This document shows, piece by piece, positions 23,601-36,922 of a stretch of DNA of 64,000 bases. How positions within the stretch are numbered: the first letter of the stretch is position 1; each line of letters begins with the position of its first letter. The position numbers were made by a program, and so were the translations under genes. The stretch spans positions 80,662,001 through 80,726,000 of the forward strand of contig OZ360223.1 of the NCBI GenBank assembly GCA_977017645.1, in the 5' to 3' direction. This DNA is from Torpedo marmorata (Eukaryota). The notes beneath the pieces were generated by a model. The model had not been told where the DNA came from. It searched no databases and worked only from the letters and a program-made list of their open reading frames with translations.

Positions 23601-26600
23601 CTTCTTTTCCAATCGTAAACACATTTCCAAAGTATGTCCACCTTTACAGAACAAACAACTCTTTTCATTAGGCAAACTTTTCTTTTCCTTATTTACTTTG
23701 TCATTTTCTTTACTTATAACTTGCACATTAGTAGCAAAAGTACTCCTTTTCACTTTCGGACTAAACTGTGTGTTAGACTTCTTTACATCTTTGCCCATTG
23801 AATTATCTCTGGTATTTCCATATAGTGGATCTGTTTCAACATACACCTGTCGTTCAAGAAAATTTACCAAGGTAATTTTTCGACCGTAATTTACTTGTAA
23901 ATCACAAGCCAAATTTCTCCATCTATCCCATACCTTGTAAGGTAATTTTTCTAAAATGATTCGCATATTACTATGCACATCAAGCTCACGAATACTATCG
24001 ATTTCTTCCATAGCATTACAACATCCTCTTAAAAACAGAGTAAACTCTTGCAGAGCCTTTACATCATTTTGTTTTATTGATGTCCATTTAAGAGCTTTAT
24101 CCATATAAGCTAAAGCAATTCAATGCTTGTTGCCAAAATATTGTTCCAATAAAGCCTTAGCTTTGTCTAATCCTCTTCCTGAAGACATTTGTTTACAACT
24201 TTTTACCAGTTCTTTTGGATGTCCCTTTGTGAACATTTCCAAATAATAAAGACATTCATCACGATCTTGGCATTTATCTTCAATATTGCGTTTGAAAGAT
24301 CTCATAAATGATTGATATTGAAGTGGATCACCATCAAAAGTTTGTATCTCTTTCTTGGGTAAAGAAGAGAGAGACTGTAACTGAAACAATGATGCAGCAA
24401 TTTCATTTTGTCTTTCCTTGGACGACAATACATTGCTCTGTTCACCGTCTCTTGTTGCATGCAATGTATCTGGAAACCTCACTGGTGTAGTTTCTTCCAT
24501 ATTTCTGATGTTTGACTCAAATAACAAAGAAGTTGCTTCGTTCGACCAAACCCAAGCCGCAGCTTTGCTTTCAGATGTTATCATTGGTACATGTGACTCG
24601 ATACCAATATGCTCTTGAAAGGTTTGTCCTTGTATATGTAAGTTTTGTATCCTTGGTTCTAAAATATCTATCCTTTTGATTGGTTTCTTTTCCTGTGATT
24701 CCTTTTTTAAATATGACCTTTTATTATCGGACAATTTAGATAATTTACTGCTAACACCAGATACCATTGAGCCTTTTATTGCTTTCTATTCTGCCTTGGC
24801 AATAGCAATGTTTGCTTCTAGCTCCTGCTGTTCTTTTCTCTGCCTAAGCTGCTCCTTCTCTTGTCTTAGCTGCTCCATTAGCTGCTTCTCATTTTGTCTT
24901 AGCTGCTCCTTTAGCTGTTTCTCATTTTGTCTTAGCTGCTCCTCCTCTTGTCTTAGCTGCTCCTTTAGCTGCTCCTCTTTGTCTTAGCTGCTCCTTTACC
25001 TGCTCCTCCTTTTGTTTTAGCTGCTCCTTTAGCTGCTCCTCCTTTTGTCTTAGCTGCTCCTTTACCTGCTCCCCCTTTTGTCTTAGCTGCTCCTCCTCTT
25101 CTTCCAAAATATACTTATCCTTAAGCGTTTTTTGTTGTGCAAGAAGAGCGGCCAATTTAACATCAACCTTTGTACGTGACGATGCAGAACTTGAAGTACG
25201 AGAAACTCTGGAGCTCGAACCAGAACTTCTTTTGCTTCTCCTGCTTTCAGCATTTGAGACACTGTCACTTGCTTGTATTTCGTCCTGCAGTTCATATGTT
25301 GTCTTCATACTTACCTCTTTATCCAATTCGAATTGTATATCCTTTGCATCTTCAACCACTTTAATTTCTTCATCATTTGTTGACACAATTTCAGCCATTT
25401 CCAAGTTATCTTCTTGTTCAACTAATGAAGCTGCCTCTTCATCCTTTGCCAGCTTCAATCTTTCGATAAGAGCCCTTTTATTTCCACTTATGTCCTTTTT
25501 CAGTCGCTTCAATTCTTCTTTAATATCCGAAACCTTCATGTCTTCAATACGTTGGTCCTCAACAGCAACATCAGCGGTTGCTGCGTCAGCTGCTGATATA
25601 TCAGTAGCTGCTGTATCAGTGGCTGCTGCGGCCATTTTACTCGTCTTGTTCCTCTTTCCTTCAAGCATACACAACACTAGCCAAATCAACAGTCCCCAAT
25701 GGACCAGCGGCAGCAATTCCAATCTGTGTTCTTACTTGCTAAAGATACACAGAAGGAGTCCACAGACTTATGCCTACCACTTCAAATGACTGTAATGTGC
25801 TGCAATCCACAAACGAGTTTCAACCACAACATCCGTCACTAATATCACTGATTTTCCAAAAATGGTTTCTCCAACGTATTTATAGGACACTTTACTATAA
25901 GATTTGAAGCTTTAAATCCCTCTCTGGCTGTTACTCATGGCAGATGGATGTGGATTACAAACTGCCCCCAACTCGAGGCATCTCCAAGATGGCCACCATT
26001 TTATATCAGTCCCAAGCACAGAGAGTTTTTTCTATCTTCTTTCTTTCAAACTTCTGTTCCAAACAGCCAGCTCTTTATTGACTATATTACGGTGACTTCG
26101 ATCCAACAATAGTCACCTGGAGGCTAAGTGAGATACTTGTCTTTGACGCGTTTTAATTAATTTACTAACAAAGTCCAATATGTTCAAAAACCTTTATTTA
26201 CACACGTGACTTGCAGTAATCTTCAATGACTTTAATATAAACAGTTCTTGAAATGATGTATGAAGTGTTCCTTTAAATGATTCTTTAAACAATTCCAAAA
26301 CAATATGAAACACTGTAAAATGATGTTAAACGATATAAAAACGGTCAATAAAGATGTGGAGAACTCACTCACCCTACAAACATCTTATTCCTTTCCTTTT
26401 CTCTCTCTCTATCCTTGATTTGCGCATGCCCATTAGCTCCTAAACCACTGCGCATCCTACCCCGCGCATACTACATTTCCCAGACTGCAACGCGCACAAT
26501 GACGTCACTCCACACTGTGCATGCGCCCGTCGGCACTCCCGCGCATGCGCAGAGCAAAGAACGGGCCGACGACGGCCTACAGAACAACGCGATTGCTCCA

Positions 26601-26722
26601 TGGCCCGACGTGGCCTCGGAGCGCTCCGAGGACGGCCTACAGAACAACGCGAGCGCTCCAAGGCCCGACGAGACATCGGAGCGCCGCAACAACGGTAAGT
26701 TAATGAGCCTACGGCTCTTACA
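20697..26722 (-). mobile_element. Non-autonomous BEL/Pao LTR element, copy 1 (3' LTR 20697-21275, 5' LTR 26083-26722), inserted in a CR1 3' fragment
   Basis: Paired LTRs, 5-bp TSD GTCCC, PPT-like AGGGGCCGG before the 3' LTR; CR1 sequence continues across 20540-20696 and 26723-26900. Confidence 0.92.
21701..25635 (-). pseudogene. BEL copy 1 Gag-protease-tail ORF, disrupted
   Basis: Same protein as copies 2 and 3, with stops (about 24788, 24120) and frameshifts (about 24960, 22760). Confidence 0.88.
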
Positions 26723-28220
26723 GTCCCTATAGAATCCACCTCCACCAGCATTGCCGGCAACTCATTCCACGCACCCACCACTCTCTGCGTAAAAAACGTA
26801 CCTCTGACATTTCCAGCATACCTTCTTCCCAACACCTTAAACCTGTGTCCCCTTGCAGCAACCATTTCGGCCCTGGGAAAAAGCCTCTGACTGTCTACCA
26901 TTCTCAGAGCGCGTCCTGGAATGGTTTGTTGGGTACAGACCCCTGCATATGTAAAATCTAGAGGATGAACTGCGACAGATGCATTTCATTCCTTTTGGGA
27001 TTCTCCATTAAACTGTTATTATTGACCTGTTAATGCATTCTTCCTGAGGACCCATTTGGGCTCACTGGAATTTTGAGGCATAAATAATTTCAAGGCCAAT
27101 TTTAGTGATCTCAATTGCCCATCATGTAAAGACCAGGTTGGCTTCACTGCTTAAGAAAAATTTAGCCCATTAAAAAAAGTAGCACGTTTTTCAAGAGTAC
27201 ACAACCACATAGTTCTGACTTTAAGATTCCTGTTCAGATACTGTAATTGGCTGCTAGCTCCGAAACAGAGCAGGCTAGAGGAAGAAACCATTTCACAAAT
27301 GGAACCACAATGCAAGAAACATTTGAGTACAAAAGGGACAAAGTATAAAAGGGATGTCAACTGATTGAAAATGTGTTTCTAGATACAAAAGAACTTGAGA
27401 TACAAGAGATGTGCAAAACTGTACAGTTCATCAAGATAGGCTGCCTTAGATATGGTAGTGTGCATGAGTGGGTAAGAAATGTAGAAGAACATTCTAAAGT
27501 AATTCTAAATGTGGAGACATTTCAAATATTACTTGTCACCAAATAAATGCTTAATTAATTGCAATCAAATACCAGCAATGGTATGAAAAGGTAGCAACTT
27601 TATATATGGAATGAGAGTATGGGAAGTCAACCTTTACCAATTTATTGTGAACCCATATCTAGAAGTTAAACTACAACTTGCTTAGCAGGTTCAAAATTAG
27701 CACAATATTTATCAGACTGGAATCTTGGAATAAAAAAAACAGAAAAAGGTGGCCAGCAGCCTCTGTGGAATGAGAAAAAGTTAATGTTACAAGCTGAAGA
27801 CCCTTCGTCACAACGGGAATCAATGCACAAGACAACTTAGAAAAATCTTAATGTGCAGAGTAAACATTTTCCATCAATTTAAACATATCAAAGCAACAAT
27901 TTATCATCTTATTGCAATAGGCAATCAACTCTGATTAAATATACAGAAGTTGCAGTTTATAATACCAGGTTATGTCGTAAACCACTGTATATATGTTTGT
28001 GGTTGTCTGGACACGCCCCTTACTGACTGTTCCTGTGGCTCCTCCCACAGACCCCTGAATAAAGGCTATTGTGCCACAGCTCCCTCCCCAGTCCAGGACA
28101 GACGACCACCAGGAATGTGCATCCATTCCGATGTAAATAAAAGCCTATCAGTTCCTGCATAACTTCTAGTCTTTCGGAGTTATTGATGGTGCATCAATTT
28201 TATTTACATCGCTTTCAATA

Positions 28221-31200
28221 ATGGATCAGTACCTGATACCTGAAAAGTTGGAGCTCGACCCTCAATCACCCGAGGCATCCAACGGTTTCGAACACTGTCT
28301 GCGTTGTTTTGAGGCATTCTTGAGGGCCTCTGCTACTGTCGTTCAATCTGAGGAAGACAAATTGCAAATACTACATTCCCGGGTCGGGCCCCGGGTGTAC
28401 TCGATGATCAGGGATGCTGAGTCTTACCAGGAGGCCTTGGACACGCTGAGAGCCAGTACCTGAAGAAGGTAAATGAAGTCTATGCAAGACATCTCCTGGC
28501 TACCCGAAAGCAGCGACCCAGGGAATCGAGCGACGAGTACCTACGGGCCCTGCAAACCCTCGGACCTCATAAGAGACGCCTATGTCGCCGGTATCCGATC
28601 AAATTAAATAAGGCAGAGACTGTTGGAGCAAAGTGAGCTTAACTTGCAGAAGGCAGTGGACCAAGCGGGCACGCTAGAAGTGGCCTTCCAAAATATGGAT
28701 GCGTACTCTGCCGATAACGCCGCCGCATCGTGGTTACCGAAGGCGTTGCCATCTTGAGATGCGGAGGGCCGCAAGCCTGTGGAACACCGCCACGTTCCAT
28801 TAGCGACTCGACAACGGCCGCTATGCTCCACGATCAGCCGAAGTGCTAATTCTGCGGCCTGGATAAGCACCGCCGGAAACGCTGCCTGGCGAAAGACGCG
28901 GTCTGCGCAAGCTGCGGGAAGAAGGGGCACTACGCAAAATCTGCAAGTCCAAACCGCCCTCCAGACCCAGCAGCTCCGCATGCGAGAAAGGGGCGTCGCC
29001 ATCTTGGGTGCCTCAATCTTCCCAACTCAGCAGCGCCGCGTGCAAAACATGGGGGCCGCCGTCTTGGATGGCGCTATCTTGGACAGACCGAACTCCCGAA
29101 CACCGCATCACCCCTACAGAACCCGACAGCGACTCAGTACTGGCCTCCATCACGCTGGATCAAGGGACACCCCATCAACTGGCCAGATCAATGATGGACA
29201 TGGAGGTGGACGGCAACAAGATGATCTGCCTTTTCGATAGTGGGAGCACGGAGAGCTTTATACACCCCGACTCGGTACAGCGTTACACCTCGCGGTAATG
29301 CCGGTAAGCCACAAAGTCTCCAAGGCTTCCAAGTCCCACACAGCAGAGATCCGCAGTTACTGTGTAGTGACCCTGACTGTGCTGGGCACAGAGTATAAAC
29401 CTTTTAAATTACTAGTCATGTCACAGCTCTGTGCGGACGTGCTACTGGGGCTAGACTTCCAATGTCACCTTAAAAGCATGACGTTGGAGTACGATGGGCC
29501 CCATCCCAGCCCTCACCATCTGAAATCCGAAGTTTGTAAACCGCCCACCGCAACTCACCCACAGAAGCTCCCTGGCCTCCCCTCCCACCGCGTCCAGCCA
29601 GCAACCCACTGATCGCTCATGACCTGCGGCCTTTCTACCCTCCGGATCATACCCCCCAACATTATTCACTAACCTTACCCCCGACTGCAAACCCTTGGCT
29701 ACCAAAAGTAGGTGATACAGTGCCGGGGACAGGGCCTTTATCAGGTCGGAGGTGCAGCAGCTATTGAAGGAGGGGATCATTGAAGCCAGCACCAGCCCCT
29801 GGAGAGCCCAAGTTGTGGTGGTAAAGAATGGGGAGAAAAACAGGATGGTCATCGATTATAGTCAGACCATCAACCGGTAAACGCAGCTGGACGCGTACCC
29901 TCTCACGCACATAGCCGACATGGTGAAACAAATCGCCCAATATCGGGTATTCTCCACCATTGATTTAAAGTCGGCATACCACCAACTCCCCATCCGCCCG
30001 GAGGACCGCCAATACACTGCCTTCGAGGCAGATGGCCGCCTCTATCATTTTCTGAGGGTTCCCTTTGGTGTCACCAACGGGGTCTCGGTCTTCCAGCAGG
30101 AGATGGACCGAATGGTTGACCAGCATGGGCTGCAGGCCACATTCCCATATCTGGATAACATCACCATTTGCGGCTATGACCTACAGGATCATGAAGCCAA
30201 CCTCCAAAAATTCCTCCAGACCACCAAGCTCCTCAACCTTACTTATAATAAGGATAAATGCGTCTTTGGCACAACACGCCTGGCCATCCTTGGCTGCGTC
30301 GTACAGGACGGAGTAATTGGCCCAGATCCAGACCACATGCGCCCCCTGTTGAAACTCCCCCTCCCCCACAGCCTCAAAGCCCTGAAAAGGTGCCTGGGCT
30401 TTTTCTCCTATTATGCCCAGTGGGTCCCCTATTATGCCCAGTGGGTCCCCAATTATGCCCAGTGGGTCCCCAATTATGCCCAGTGGGTCCCCAATTATGC
30501 CCAGTGGGTCCCCAATTATGCGGACAAGGTCCGCCCCCTCATCAAATCCACCTCTTTTCCCCTGACGTCAGAGGCCCATGCGGCCTTCAGCTGCATCAAG
30601 GCAGACATCGCCAAAGCTGCGATGCACGCTGTGGACGAAACCACCCTGTTCCAGGTGGAGAGCGATGCGTCCGACTTCGCCCTGGCTGCCACCCTCAACC
30701 AAGCGGGCAGACCCGTAGCTTTTTTTTCCCGCACCCTCCAGGGCCCAGAAATTTGACACTCCTCTGTCGAGAAAGAGGCCCAAGCCATTGTCGAGGCGGT
30801 ACGACACTGGAGGCATTACCTTGCCGGAAAACGATTCACCTTGCTAACTGACCAACGTTCAGTTGCGTTTATGTTCAATAACCAACAGCGAGGTAAAATT
30901 AAGAATGACAAGATTCTGAGGTGGAGAACCGAACTTTCCACCTACAATTACGATATCTTGTACCGGCCCGGTAAATTCAATGAGCCCCCAGATGCCCTAT
31001 CCCGTGGAACATGTGCCAGCGCACAAGTAGGCCGCCTACAAGCCCTCCACAGTGACCGCTGCCACCCCAGGGTCACCAGATTCTTCCATTCCATAAATGC
31101 CCGCAACCTACCTTACTCCATCGAGGAGGTCAGGACCATAACCAGGAACTGCCAGATCTGTGCGGAGTGCAAACCGCACTTCTATCAACCAGACAGAACG

Positions 31201-32150
31201 CACCTGATAAAAGCCACCCTCCCCTTCGAACACCTGAGCGTCAATTTCAAGGGACCCTTCCCCTCCTCTGACCACAATGTGTACTTCCTCAACATTATTG
31301 ACGAGTACTCACGTTTCCAGTTCGCCATCCCCTGCCCGGACATGACCACGGCCACAGTCATCAAGGTTCAATGCAACCTCTTCACACTGTTCGGGTACCC
31401 CTGCTATTTTCATAGCGACCGGAGGTCCTCTTTTATGAGCGACAAGCTGCGTCAGTACCTGCCGGCCAGAGGCATCGCCACGAGTAGGACCACCAGTTAT
31501 AACCCCTGAGGGAATAGGCAGGTGGAGAGGGAGAACGCTACCATTTGGAAGGCCACCCTCCTAGCCCTAAGGTCGAGAGGTCTTCCAGTCTTCCACTGGC
31601 GAGAGGTACTCCCTGAGGCATTCCATTCAATCAGATCACTCTTGTGCACAGCCACCAATGCCACTCCACATGAGAGAATGTTTTCCTTTCCGAGGAAGTC
31701 TGCTTCAGGGACCACGCTGCCATCCTGGCTGACGTCCCCAGGGCCGGTCCCACTCCGGAGGCATGCGAGGAGCCATAAGCATGACCCACTGGTCAAAGGG
31801 TCCATATCCTCCACGCCAACCCCTAATACGCCTACGTGACGTATCCTGATGGGCGGGAGGACAGTGTCTCCGTTCGTGTCCTGGCGCCCTCAGGCGTCCC
31901 TGACACCACTGCCGACTACCCTGCCCCCCCCTCCTCACCCACTGCCACCCACGATGCATCGTTGCTATGGCAAGTGACTCCAACTCCGGGGGGAGGTTTG
32001 CCAGATCCTTCGCCGCCATGCATCCACCAAGACAGAGCCGACAACAACACACAGGTGGTACACTCAGGACTGGATGCAACAGCTGCGCCGCAGCCGGTAC
32101 TACGACGGTCACAGCGGCAGACCAGACCACCTGAAAGACTGAATCTGTGA
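28221..32150 (+). pseudogene. G2 gag-pol with multiple stops and frameshifts
   Basis: MDQYLIPEKLELDP gag start; LFDSGS protease; DLKSAYHQ, YLDN and ESDASD motifs; integrase HHCC and core fragments. Confidence 0.9.
30412..30521 (+). repeat. 21-bp tandem repeat x5 inside G2 pol (YAQWVPN)
   Basis: TATGCCCAGTGGGTCCCCAAT repeated five times; G1 has one copy of the motif. Confidence 0.95.
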
Positions 32151-32181
32151 GAACTTTAATTCACTTCACCCCGCAGAACTC

Positions 32182-32213
<32 letters not shown>

Positions 32214-34149
32214 GGATGGGTGAATGGTAAACCAGTGTATAACTATATATGTGTTTGTGGTCGTCTGGACACGCCCCTTACTGGCTATACCTGTGGCTCC
32301 TCCCACAGACCTCTGAATAAAGGCAATTGTGCCACAGCTCCCTCCCCAGTCCAGGACAGACGACCACCAGGAATGTGCATCCATTCCAATATAAATAAAA
32401 GCCTATCATATCCTGCATAACTTCTGGTCTTTCGGAGTTATTGATGGTGCATCAGGTTACAAGCTGTGTAAATAGATCATTTATCTGGAAGAAATAAAAT
32501 CTTTTAACCATTTAAACAACTCAAGTTTCAGTAATACCCTTCAGCGGAGCTTGTCGCACCAATGTGGTTAGGCCAACACGCAGATCCATTCCAAAATTTA
32601 AAAGTTAATTCAATGCAGCACAGCAATTCATTCGGAACATGCACAACATTCATTCAAATACCTTCTCAGAACTATTCACACCACCTTATCAGCAATGCTT
32701 CTCGACAAAGGACATGTTTTTCTAGATGATTGAAAAAAAGTCACCTTCCTAAATTCTTCATTTACTTCATATCCATTTCAATGATGAATCAAGCAAGATC
32801 TAGCATTTCCTCTTTTGCCCCTTTTCGTACGTCAACAGTGCCCTGCAATCAATATCCATCAAGTTGTGTGCAATAACTTCCACTTTGTTTTTCGATTAAA
32901 TGCTCAATTATAATTAGTGCTCCAGGCAAATGATAATTTTAAACAACTTTCTTTTTGTACCACTGGCACCTTATTATCAGCAAGTAACCAGCCTTCGGCC
33001 CCATCCATGGAAGAATCTACAATTTCCACATTGGCCTCATTAGTCACCTCAGACCCCACCAAACTGCAATGGAAGAAAGTAATCCTTGACCCAAAGGAAC
33101 TGCCAAAGAATATGATATTTAATTATGAAAGCACATTGTATTCATAATTAGCCTGAGAATTGGGCAATGCAGTCCTAACACCAGACAAATGATAAATAAA
33201 ATTAATGTCCCTGATTTTGGATACGTGACTTCATTTTGATTTTTTTTGGTATTTCAAACACTGGACTTGGTTATCATAATTCTTAGTTTTTATAATCTTA
33301 ATGATTTTGTATGCATCAAAAGTATTTTTCCTCCCAAGGTAAAAACCGCCATTTAATTGATTCACTTTAAAAAAAAAAGGAACATTCAATTTTCCCAACC
33401 AAGAACACATTTAAATAGAGTCAACATGTTATTCAGTGTCAATTATTTTGCAGTCAACAGCAGAAACAATTGTGAATTTTGTTCAAAATTATTAAAGTGC
33501 CCATATCAAGGTGACAAAATCTTCAGGAAGAGTAAAATCTGCATGATTTGTGAAATAAAAACATTGTAACCATGCAAGCTTTGCTACAATGCCACTTTGG
33601 AGTTGTGCCCAATTTTGCTTTCCCATGCGTAAAGAGCAACAAACAAAAGATTACTCCATCTTCATGCTCTCAAGGCCAAGGAATCAGGGTCATTTTCATG
33701 AGAGAATTAGAAATTAGACTTGGAGGCAATTATATTGAGACTGCTAAAATCTTGCAGGATGTATCATGCAGAGCTGGATGGGTTTAGGGAATCAAACATC
33801 AGTTATAAGATATTGTCACAAGAGTAAGATTTAGATGAGATGTTGGTAGATACTACCAACAAGTTTATCATGCTGCAGATGCATGAAAAAGATCAACTTC
33901 AAACTCCAGTTTCTCCCCACATCAAAGATGTTTCGGTTGGTTTGTGAATTGGCCACTGTGCATTCACTTGAGTGCATTAGAGAATCTTGTGGGTAGTGCC
34001 AGGATAGTGGGGAAAGAGCAGGCAGGAACAGGGAGAATGCAATGGGATGAGGGTTAATAGGTGCTGGATATTCAGCATACTCAGTAGACCAAAGGGTCTG
34101 ATCTTGTGCAATATAACTCTTGAACTCTAATTCATCAAATGTTCAAGAT

Positions 34150-34922
34150 AGAAGATTCCTTTATTGTCATGTAATAGCACAGAGCATGCAATATTACACA
34201 AAATTGCCTTCTGCCTGCCATTAATCAGACAAAGAGTCGCCATTAGTGTCGCCCAGCGCCTCTTACAGCACGGAAAAAAACAGAAGCAAAAAAAAAAAAA
34301 AAATCCCTTCAGAGTCACTGAGTGTCCATGGATTCACCTCCAGCGCTCCTGCAACTGCAAAAAATCCTGCTGGATCCATCGGCAATCTGAGCTCCAGACC
34401 CAAACCTCCAATACGATTTGGAAGCCTTCAGTGCTCGAGGCCCTTTGGAAGTCATTCCTGCCCTCAGCACCCTCTCGAATTCTGGCTCTGATACCTGGTT
34501 CCCACGAGCCAGTCTCCAGCAGCCTGCAGGGTTCCCCTTACCACAAGTCGTCCACTGCCTGTGTGGTTCCCTCAGCCACTGAGCCCCTCGCTGGTCTGCC
34601 GCCGTGGTGACCGTCCGATGCAGTGTCTGCTCTGCTTCTCCTTCTCAATCAGAAGTGTTATCGCCGTTTCTGGTGCCATGCGCCAATCCACTGCTCCCTG
34701 GAGTCTACAACCTCTCATGGCCACTGCCGAGCACGTGCGCCGCTGCCTTGGGAACAGGCCTGTGGTTTCAGGATTTTAGTTTAAAAACACCATTGGATCC
34801 TTAACAGGCCGCTTAAAGCCTGTACAGAGCCGCCGACATTAGGACCGGACAGTTGAACCCTTCAGAAGAGTGCTGTGCCTCCACATTCCCGGATCCATCC
34901 CAGCAGTGGCACTGCCATTTTT
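34150..34922 (-). mobile_element. Non-coding ~0.77-kb retroposon, copy 2
   Basis: Similar to 18305-18995; begins AAAATGGCAGTGCC and ends GACAATAAAGGAATC on the minus strand. Confidence 0.65.
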
Positions 34923-35018
34923 TTTTCTCCTTGTGTTAGTTATGCTGTTAAGCATTTTGTTATGCTTAATGAATTCTATTTGATTGTAGATGAAATTCAC
35001 AGACTACATTATTGGAAT

Positions 35019-35828
35019 TGTTACAAATTCAAACCAGCAACGACAGAAGACGCAATGCAAAAGGGGTAAAATTGAAATTTATATTTATTAAAGACAATCA
35101 AACATATAGTTTCTTAACAATTAACCCCACTATAAATGTCTATAAACGTGTGTGTGTGTCCCACACCATTACAGTCTGTGCCCAACCCTCATGTAAAAAT
35201 GGAAAACCTTCTCAAAAACCCCCAGGTCAGTCATAAAAATAAGTCCGTCCCAAAAATACAGTCCACAAAAATCACTCTCTATGTTCAGGGTCCAAATTCA
35301 GATCTGTGCGCTGGCACCAAGGACTTCTTCATGACTGTTGGAGAGAAAGAGACAGTGACTGTTTAAGCTTACGAACGCTTGGCCTGATTTTCTTCCCTGA
35401 TGACTTTCCCTTTTGGTAGGTGCACGAGGATTGCGATTCCAAATCAATTTTGATTGAGGCGTATACTTGGATCTCACGCCTGTTCTCCAAGAAAGTTGCT
35501 TTATCTCAGGATTTTGCTGATACAGGAGGCCATGTGCTATTCTCCCAGCCTTTCTAGCTGGAATGCACAAGCCTCTGGTTTTGCTGTGTTGCTCCAGCCT
35601 TTTGCAACTCCAAACTGAATGTTTTTTGCAGAGTTTTGCACCTGCTTTTGCAAAAGTGCAACAAAGTATCGTTCTACAGCCTGTCTCTCTCTCTGTGTCT
35701 GTCTCTGAGCACAGCCAGTCCTGGGCAAGTTAACTCTTTCAGTACCTGGTCCCAGTGTGTACTCCAAAAATACTTCATCCTTCCTGCTGACCATCTGCAG
35801 TCCAAATGGTCAGTCATGGTCCATAACA
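35019..35828 (-). mobile_element. Solo LTR (810 bp)
   Basis: TGTTA...TAACA termini with 4-bp TSD GAAT on both sides; AATAAA on the minus strand near 35085. Confidence 0.82.
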
Positions 35829-36704
35829 GAATAGAGAACCAGAAAGTGGTAGAGTGGTAGTGGAGGGTTATAATTAACGGTGACTTCGCTCCACCAATAG
35901 TCACCTGGAGGCTAAGTGTGGTCCTTGCTTTTGACGCGTTTTAATTAATTTACTAACAAAGTCCAATATGTTCAAAACCTTTATTTTCACACATGACTTG
36001 CAGTAATCTTCAATGACTTTAATATGAACAGTTCTTGTAAACGATGTATGATGAGTTCCTTTAAATTATTCCTTAAACAATTCCAAAACGATATGAAACA
36101 CTGTAGATGATGTTAAAGTTATAAAAACATTATAAAACGATATAAAACGGTCAATAAAGATGTGGAGACCAGACTCACCCTCCTACATCTCTATCCTTTC
36201 TTTGTTCTCTCTCTCTAATGGCTCTGCGCATCCTACCCCGCGCATACTACAACTCCCAGCCTCCCACGCGCACAATGACGTCACTCCATACTGCGCATGC
36301 GCCCGTCGGCACTCCCGCGCATGCGCATATCAAAGAACGGGCCAACGACGGGCCACAGAACAACGCAAGCGCTCCAAGGCCCGACGTGGCCTCGGAGCGC
36401 TCCGAGGACGGCCTGGCGAACAACGCGAGCGCTCCAAGGACCGACCAGACATCGGAGCGCCGCAACAACGGTAAGTTAAACGAGCCTACGGCTTTACACC
36501 GGCCCCTAATTATTATAATTAGACGCAATGTCTTGAATAATAATTACACTATAAATTATAAATAACAATAACCATAATATTCAAAACAATACAAATCTTC
36601 TTTCTTCCTTTTTCATAAATCTAGAGTTTACCATAACTCTGATTCAACAAAAGTCTGTAACCTGTGAAATATACAACAACAAATAAAGTCAGTTTATATT
36701 TATC

Positions 36705-36885
36705 AAAGTTCCTCTGTCTCCAACAAACGGCAGACCTTGTTAATAGGTCTGTTTAGAAAACCAGTCTTAGCTTTAATTCGCACTTGACGCACAAGTCCTC
36801 TTTGTCTTGAAAAGTCTCAATAATCTTTTTCAAGTAACCAGGAATTTCTTGAAGTTGAACCATCCATAACAATCACAATGTCTCT
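36705..36885 (-). pseudogene. Relic of BEL integrase C-terminus (DUF5641-like) after the ORF stop; also at about 21485-21665 and 60835-61015
   Basis: Copy 1 reads DIVIIMDNSTSRNSWLLGKIIETFQDKRGLVRQV...RPINKVCLLLETEE, the typical end of BEL pol. Confidence 0.75.
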
Positions 36886-36922
36886 TTAAAGTTCTTCCAT
36901 CTTCACAATCCGAGTCAAAACG

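Larger units (their letters stand above)
27973..32454 (+). mobile_element. Full-length decayed Gypsy LTR retrotransposon (element G2); LTRs 27973-28196 and 32225-32454
   Basis: 5-bp TSD GGTTA (27968-27972, 32455-32459); PPT near 32207-32224; related to G1 throughout. Confidence 0.95.
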
